A DNA stretch of 62,081 nt, counting the filler, from Collodictyon triciliatum (taxonomy: Eukaryota), in assembly GCA_043381765.1 (NCBI GenBank). It is 4 parts of 4 records of this genome, joined end to end, with 100 filler letters (N's around TTAATTAATTAA, not from the genome) between each part and the next. Parts side by side here need not be neighbours in the genome. Positions count along the whole stretch, not along the records: positions 34,974 to 52,398 come from JBHJMP010001461.1; positions 52,499 to 62,081 come from JBHJMP010001558.1; 2 more parts are not named here. One strand, 5' to 3'. Numbering within the stretch: position 1 is the stretch's first letter; each line of letters begins with the position of its first letter. The notes under the pieces were generated by a model. It did not search any database and was not told the DNA's origin. It saw only the letters and a list, made by a program, of their open reading frames with translations. The translations under genes and the position numbers were made by a program. This document shows, piece after piece, positions 49,799-62,081 of the stretch.

Positions 49799-52252
49799 CC
49801 ACTTCGCCCGGTGGGTGCGCAATCCTCTGTCGCAAGTGTTGGCCTGTCTCCTGTGGTTCAGTCTCCATAGCTGGCGGTGAAGATTCGTCTGTCTCTGCAG
49901 CCTGTGATTCCGGCTCTGTCTCTGATGACGACGCTGCAGAAGTGTCTTGTGTTGGCGCTGCTGTGTCCTTATCTTTTGCAGCAGCCTCTCCTTCATCTTT
50001 CTAAACACGTATCCAATCAAAGATGGTAAAGCACTCAGTGTCTCGATTAAGAGATATGCATTAAATTAAATTGAGAAAGGATGGGGGAAAGTATTAAAAA
50101 AAAAATTGGAAAAAGGAAAAATACAACCACAGCCTCTCGTGCTTGGCTGTGTAGCGAAAGTGTGTGATTTAATGATTTCGGTGGGATAACCTGAACAAGT
50201 TCAGCGATTGCAGATTGGCCAAACTCGTTGCGACGAGTCGGGTCGACCGGGTAAATCCAGCGTTGGTACAAAAAGATGAGGAAAATAATATCTAATTATT
50301 AATGTTTTTTTTAAAAAAAAAAAAACTATATAGATTTTCAAGATATGTCCTAATGGAATACCAACTGGACGAATTATACCAGAGATTTCTGTTAAACGCA
50401 CAAAGTATACTATCAAAAGGGAATAAGCCTAGGGAAAAGTTGGTTGATAAGAAGAAGAAAAAATCTACCATCGCGAAAGCAACTAAGGCGATGCAGTGTT
50501 GGCATTTTGATGATAAATGCAAACAGGTCGTCGATGAATGTATTCAGCGCTTTATAGACGAATGTTTTCCACGGAAGGTGAGCAACCGATTTCATCTTAT
50601 AGTTGATGAACAACTGTGGGGTCATCATGATAAATCCTAAAAATACAAAATAATAATTATTGAAAAGACATGTACATGTATGTTGATATCGTAAGGGTTT
50701 AGGTGGGTTTTTTTCTAGTGAAATGTTTCGTTTTATATTTGCATATTACGCGGAGTTATACCACAAAAGCATACATATACATGTTCAATCATGATCAGTA
50801 AGAAAAAAATAACAGCAATAATGGCTAAATGAGTGAAGAGTTCAATAAACAAATATATATATACCAAATGTGTACACAGTGCCGACAAGGCTGGAGAGAA
50901 TCCACGAATACCAACTCTTGTGTGTCTCATATGCCAATGAGTAGATAGAGTACCCAATTACCAAAGGAATCAAAGCTATGATTAGCTAATAGATTAGTTT
51001 CCTGGACTTTGTAATGGTCCCTAAAAAAAAAAAAATCATTTTGTGCTACCAACTACGATTCAATCGTTGAAAGAATGCGACTATTACAATAGTAAAGCCA
51101 GCGGGAAGCAACCTCATCGTGCTCTTTTGTTTCACTCTTGACATAACTCTCTCGGTACTTGAATGAAATTTTTGGAAAAGATCCACTTCGGTCAATCTGT
51201 TTTGATTTTGATTTTGATTTTGATTTTGATTTTGATTTTGATTTTGATTTTGATTTTGATTTTGATTTTGATTTTGATTTTGATTTTGATTTTGATTTTG
51301 ATTTTGATTTTGATTTTGTCATGTTATTCAATGTAGTGTTATATAAAAAAAATTTTAGTTTCAATAGTATCCTTTTGTAAGTATCATGTTTATTTGTCTT
51401 TAATATGTAAATCGATTTCGAATTATACACCTTGATTTCAGCTGCTTTCTGTACTTTCCAAAATTCAATCAACATTCCGATAAAACTGCTTATCAAGATT
51501 ACCCAGCTAAAGTAATTCAAAATATATTTCAGTCGCACAAGTCTTGTAATTAAATTGGGTATTTATTAACTCTCGTTAAATTAGAATGAAAATGGCATGT
51601 ATTAATGGAAAAGAACCTTGTTTCGTTATCTAACAGGTACAAGAAAATCACCAACTAAGAATAATTAGAAAAATTGAAATATATCCTCGAATGCAATGTT
51701 CTGATATTGTGAAATATTGACGCGTTATTTCATCATACCTGGCAGCCAGAATTCAAAAGAATGGTGCGGACCGAAAGGCCTTCCATTGATTTATTCTTGT
51801 TCCAAAACTGGATGTCTGAGAAAATTTAATTAATATTTTATCTTTGAATAAAGAAAAATATGGCTGGGAATAGACTAGAACAAAAGGGAGATTTCAGGAA
51901 ACAGCACATTGATTTTTCTGGTATGTAAAAAACTCACCGTTTTTGAAAGCCAGGAAGTCGAAAATAGAGTGTAGTAGGGAAACCACCATTGTGACACCCA
52001 GTAATATTGGATTTGTTTCCGCAAACATTCTCTTTTAGACCATTAAAAAAAATTAAATATATATTTGATTAAGAGAAGAATAAAGAAAGGAACCTGAAAT
52101 ACTAAACCATCAACTTTGCTTGAATGAAATACGATAATCTAAAAGGTATGGGGTGCATTGTTACATACTTTGATTTCCTCTTGTTCATTCTCTGAACTTC
52201 CCATACTGATTTGAGATTTGAAGGAAGCTTCCATTTGGGTGAAGAATTGCCA
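49799..52252 (-). CDS. CLPTM1: CLPTM1-family membrane protein (lipid scramblase-like), 3' part; last exon uncertain, 5' end cut by linker
   Basis: ETNPILLGVT, FDFLAFKN|DIQFW, MEGLSVR, FIMMTPQLFINYKMKSVAHLPW, YKALNTFIDDLFAFIIKMPTLHRLSCFRD, YQRWIYPVDPTRRNEFG. Confidence 0.95.
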
Positions 52253-52398
52253 CTAACAAAAATATTATTCAGAAGTGTATAATGTGAAATGTGAAATGTG
52301 AAATGTGAAATGTGAAATGTGAAATGTGAAATGTGAAATGTGAAATGTGAAATGTGAAATGTGAAATGTGAAATGTGAAATGTGAAATGTGAAATGTG

Positions 52399-52498
52399 NN
52401 NNNNNNNNNNNNNNNNNNNNNNNNNNNNNNNNNNNNNNNNNNTTAATTAATTAANNNNNNNNNNNNNNNNNNNNNNNNNNNNNNNNNNNNNNNNNNNN
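52399..52498. other. Artificial contig linker
   Basis: Ns + TTAATTAATTAA, 100 nt; preceded by a (GTGAAAT)n array. Confidence 0.97.
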
Positions 52499-52698
52499 TT
52501 TTTCATAGGGAGAAAGAAAAGATCTTATCTCTGTTCAATGCCACTCTATAATTTCCATTTGTTTTCATCTTAATTATTTATGCAAAGGTTTCTTGTTTTC
52601 TTCGTTTTAAAACAGCTATCTATATATCTCACTATTGCGTATCCTTTATTCAAATATACACACCACTACGTTTCTCTCTCTCTCTCCTTCTCTTTCTC

Positions 52699-52806
<108 letters not shown>

Positions 52807-52976
52807 GTTCAGTCGCACAACCACACCTACGATAGCCAAAGGAAAAAGACGTGAACGAAAGAGAAGGATGAATGGCAAAAAGAATGGCGACTGTGATTGA
52901 ACCCTAACCTCATTCCCCATTCCCCTCGTCCTGTCCTAAGCCGATTCCGACTCCGTATTAATCCTCCTTCTCCTCA

Positions 52977-54258
52977 TCACTCCTTCTCTCCTCGCAGATT
53001 GCACTTCTCTTGCTGCAAAAGGGAGCCAACCACCGCCTCACAAACTCGTACGGTTTCACTGCACTCGAGCTCGCCAGTATGAAAGGCTGCCACGAGTTTA
53101 TCCGCGTTGTCGGCCCCTTACTTCAGTAGACATTTCTTTTTCCTTTCCTTTTTTCCTTTTTCCTTTTTTTTTTNNNNNNNNNNNNNNNNNNNNNNNNNNN
53201 NNNNNNNNNNNNNNNNNNNNNNNNNNNNNNNNNNNNNNNNNNNNNNNNNNNNNNNNNNNNNNNNNNNNNNNNNNNNNNNNNNNNNNNNNNNNNNNNNNNN
53301 NNNNNNNNNNNNNNNNNNNNNNNNNNNNNNNNNNNNNNNNNNNNNNNNNNNNNNNNNNNNNNNNNNNNNNNNNNNNNNNNNNNNNNNNNNNNNNNNNNNN
53401 NNNNNNNNNNNNNNNNNNNNNNNNNNNNNNNNNNNNNNNNNNNNNNNNNNNNNNNNNNNNNNNNNNNNNNNNNNNNNNNNNNNNNNNNNNNNNNNNNNNN
53501 NNNNNNNNNNNNNNNNNNNNNNNNNNNNNNNNNNNNNNNNNNNNNNNNNNNNNNNNNNNNNNNNNNNNNNNNNNNNNNNNNNNNNNNNNNNNNNNNNNNN
53601 NNNNNNNNNNNNNNNNNNNNNNNNNNNNNNNNNNNNNNNNNNNNNNNNNNNNNNNNNNNNNNNNNNNNNNNNNNNNNNNNNNNNNNNNNNNNNNNNNNNN
53701 NNNNNNNNNNNNNNNNNNNNNNNAAAAAAATGATAAAAATATAATAATAAGAACAACACAGGCCAATTTTTTTAAAATAAAAAGAAAAGATGAGACGGGA
53801 GGGGCAAACCGATGATGACACCAAGACACGCACAAGTGCTGCATTCCCAACTCCGGCTGCGCGGTGCAAAAGACTTGAGCCGTGTGTGTCGGTCACATCG
53901 AGCTTTGCACCGTTCTGAATGAGCAGGTCGCACACGGCGTGCCGATTCTTTCCTAAGCAAACAACCCTCCCATTCACAAAAAAAGAAAACGACGTCTGCT
54001 CTTGTAAAATCTTGAATAAAAAGAATGAAAAATAGTAATGAAATCCCGTATAATTAAAAAAAATCAAAATAATGAGAATAATAATGAAAAGTAAAATAAA
54101 AAAGAATAAAAAGAATAAAAAGAATAAAAAGAATAAAAAGAAGAATAAAAGAATAAAAAAGAATAAAAGGAATAAAAGGAATAAAAAGAAGAATAAAAAA
54201 TAATAGAAATAGTATCAAGATTTTTGTAAAGAGAATTAAAAAAAAAGAACAAAATACA

Positions 54259-54354
<96 letters not shown>

Positions 54355-54743
54355 AAAAAAGGAGAGAACAGTTCCCCAAAGAGCAGACCGACGGCATAAA
54401 ACAGCGGAGTGCGCTTCTCCTTTGTGAGGGCGTCCACAGGCGCGGCATGGGACAGCAAGAGACGGACAATGTCGACGTGGCCCGAACTTGCCGCAGAGTG
54501 AAGCGGAGTCCAAAGCGCCTCGTCGGGCTGCTCAATCAGCCTGGCCTTCTGCGCCACACACCCGAGCAGATACGTTGCCGCACAGACGCTGTTTTCGCTG
54601 CACGCCCAGTGGAACGCGCTTCGCCCGTCCGCATCGATCTGCAGCACTTGGAGCGGAGTCGGCCGCGGTTCCGGCTCAACGCCTCTGCGCAGCTGCTCAA
54701 AGAGCTCCGCAACGGGACACGCGCTGTGCTTGATCGCTTGCAT
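52977..54743 (-). CDS. Ankyrin-repeat protein, gankyrin/PSMD10/Nas6-like; interrupted by gap 53174-53723, 3' end uncertain
   Basis: DADGRSAFHWAC, DEALWTPLHSAASSGHVDIV, KRTPLFYA|..KNRHAV, GSSLLHRAAGVGN follow the gankyrin repeat order. Confidence 0.72.
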
Positions 54744-54938
54744 ATCCGCCTTTCTTTCGTGCCCAGCCAACTCACTCTTGATTTTTATTTATTTTGACGG
54801 AATTTATTTCCATTTATTCTTCTTTTTTTTAATTTTTTATTAGATTGAGTTATTGGTTTGCGCGGGTACACTACAAGGAGAAGGAAGAGGATATAGGTAA
54901 GGAAGAAGGAGAGGGAAAAGAAGGGAAGGAAGGGGCGC

Positions 54939-62081
<7,143 letters not shown>

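Overview
Eukaryotic nuclear DNA from an unidentified, probably flagellated protist: intron-rich, standard genetic code, introns often filled with microsatellites. Three 100-nt N linkers containing TTAATTAATTAA (17345, 34874, 52399) join four apparently unrelated pieces. Piece 1: FAM166/CIMIP2-like ciliary protein (partial), NBR1-like autophagy receptor, phospholipase C with a U12-type AT-AC intron, an intronless duplicated multi-TM protein, UBAC2/Dsc2, a ~0.75 kb structured ncRNA candidate and the 5' end of an unknown gene. Piece 2: acyl-CoA oxidase, TM9SF, medium-chain acyl-CoA dehydrogenase, MFSD3/AmpG-like transporter, NCA2. Piece 3: SHPRH-like fragment, pseudokinase-SAM-SEL1 protein, G-alpha, SAM carrier, CLPTM1. 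Piece 4: gankyrin-like ankyrin protein and a cyclic-nucleotide-binding K+ channel. Best leads: the structured RNA at ~15590-16360, the AT-AC intron, the pseudokinase-SEL1 protein and the duplicated membrane protein. All calls are from manual reading and remembered motifs; no searches or folding programs were run.
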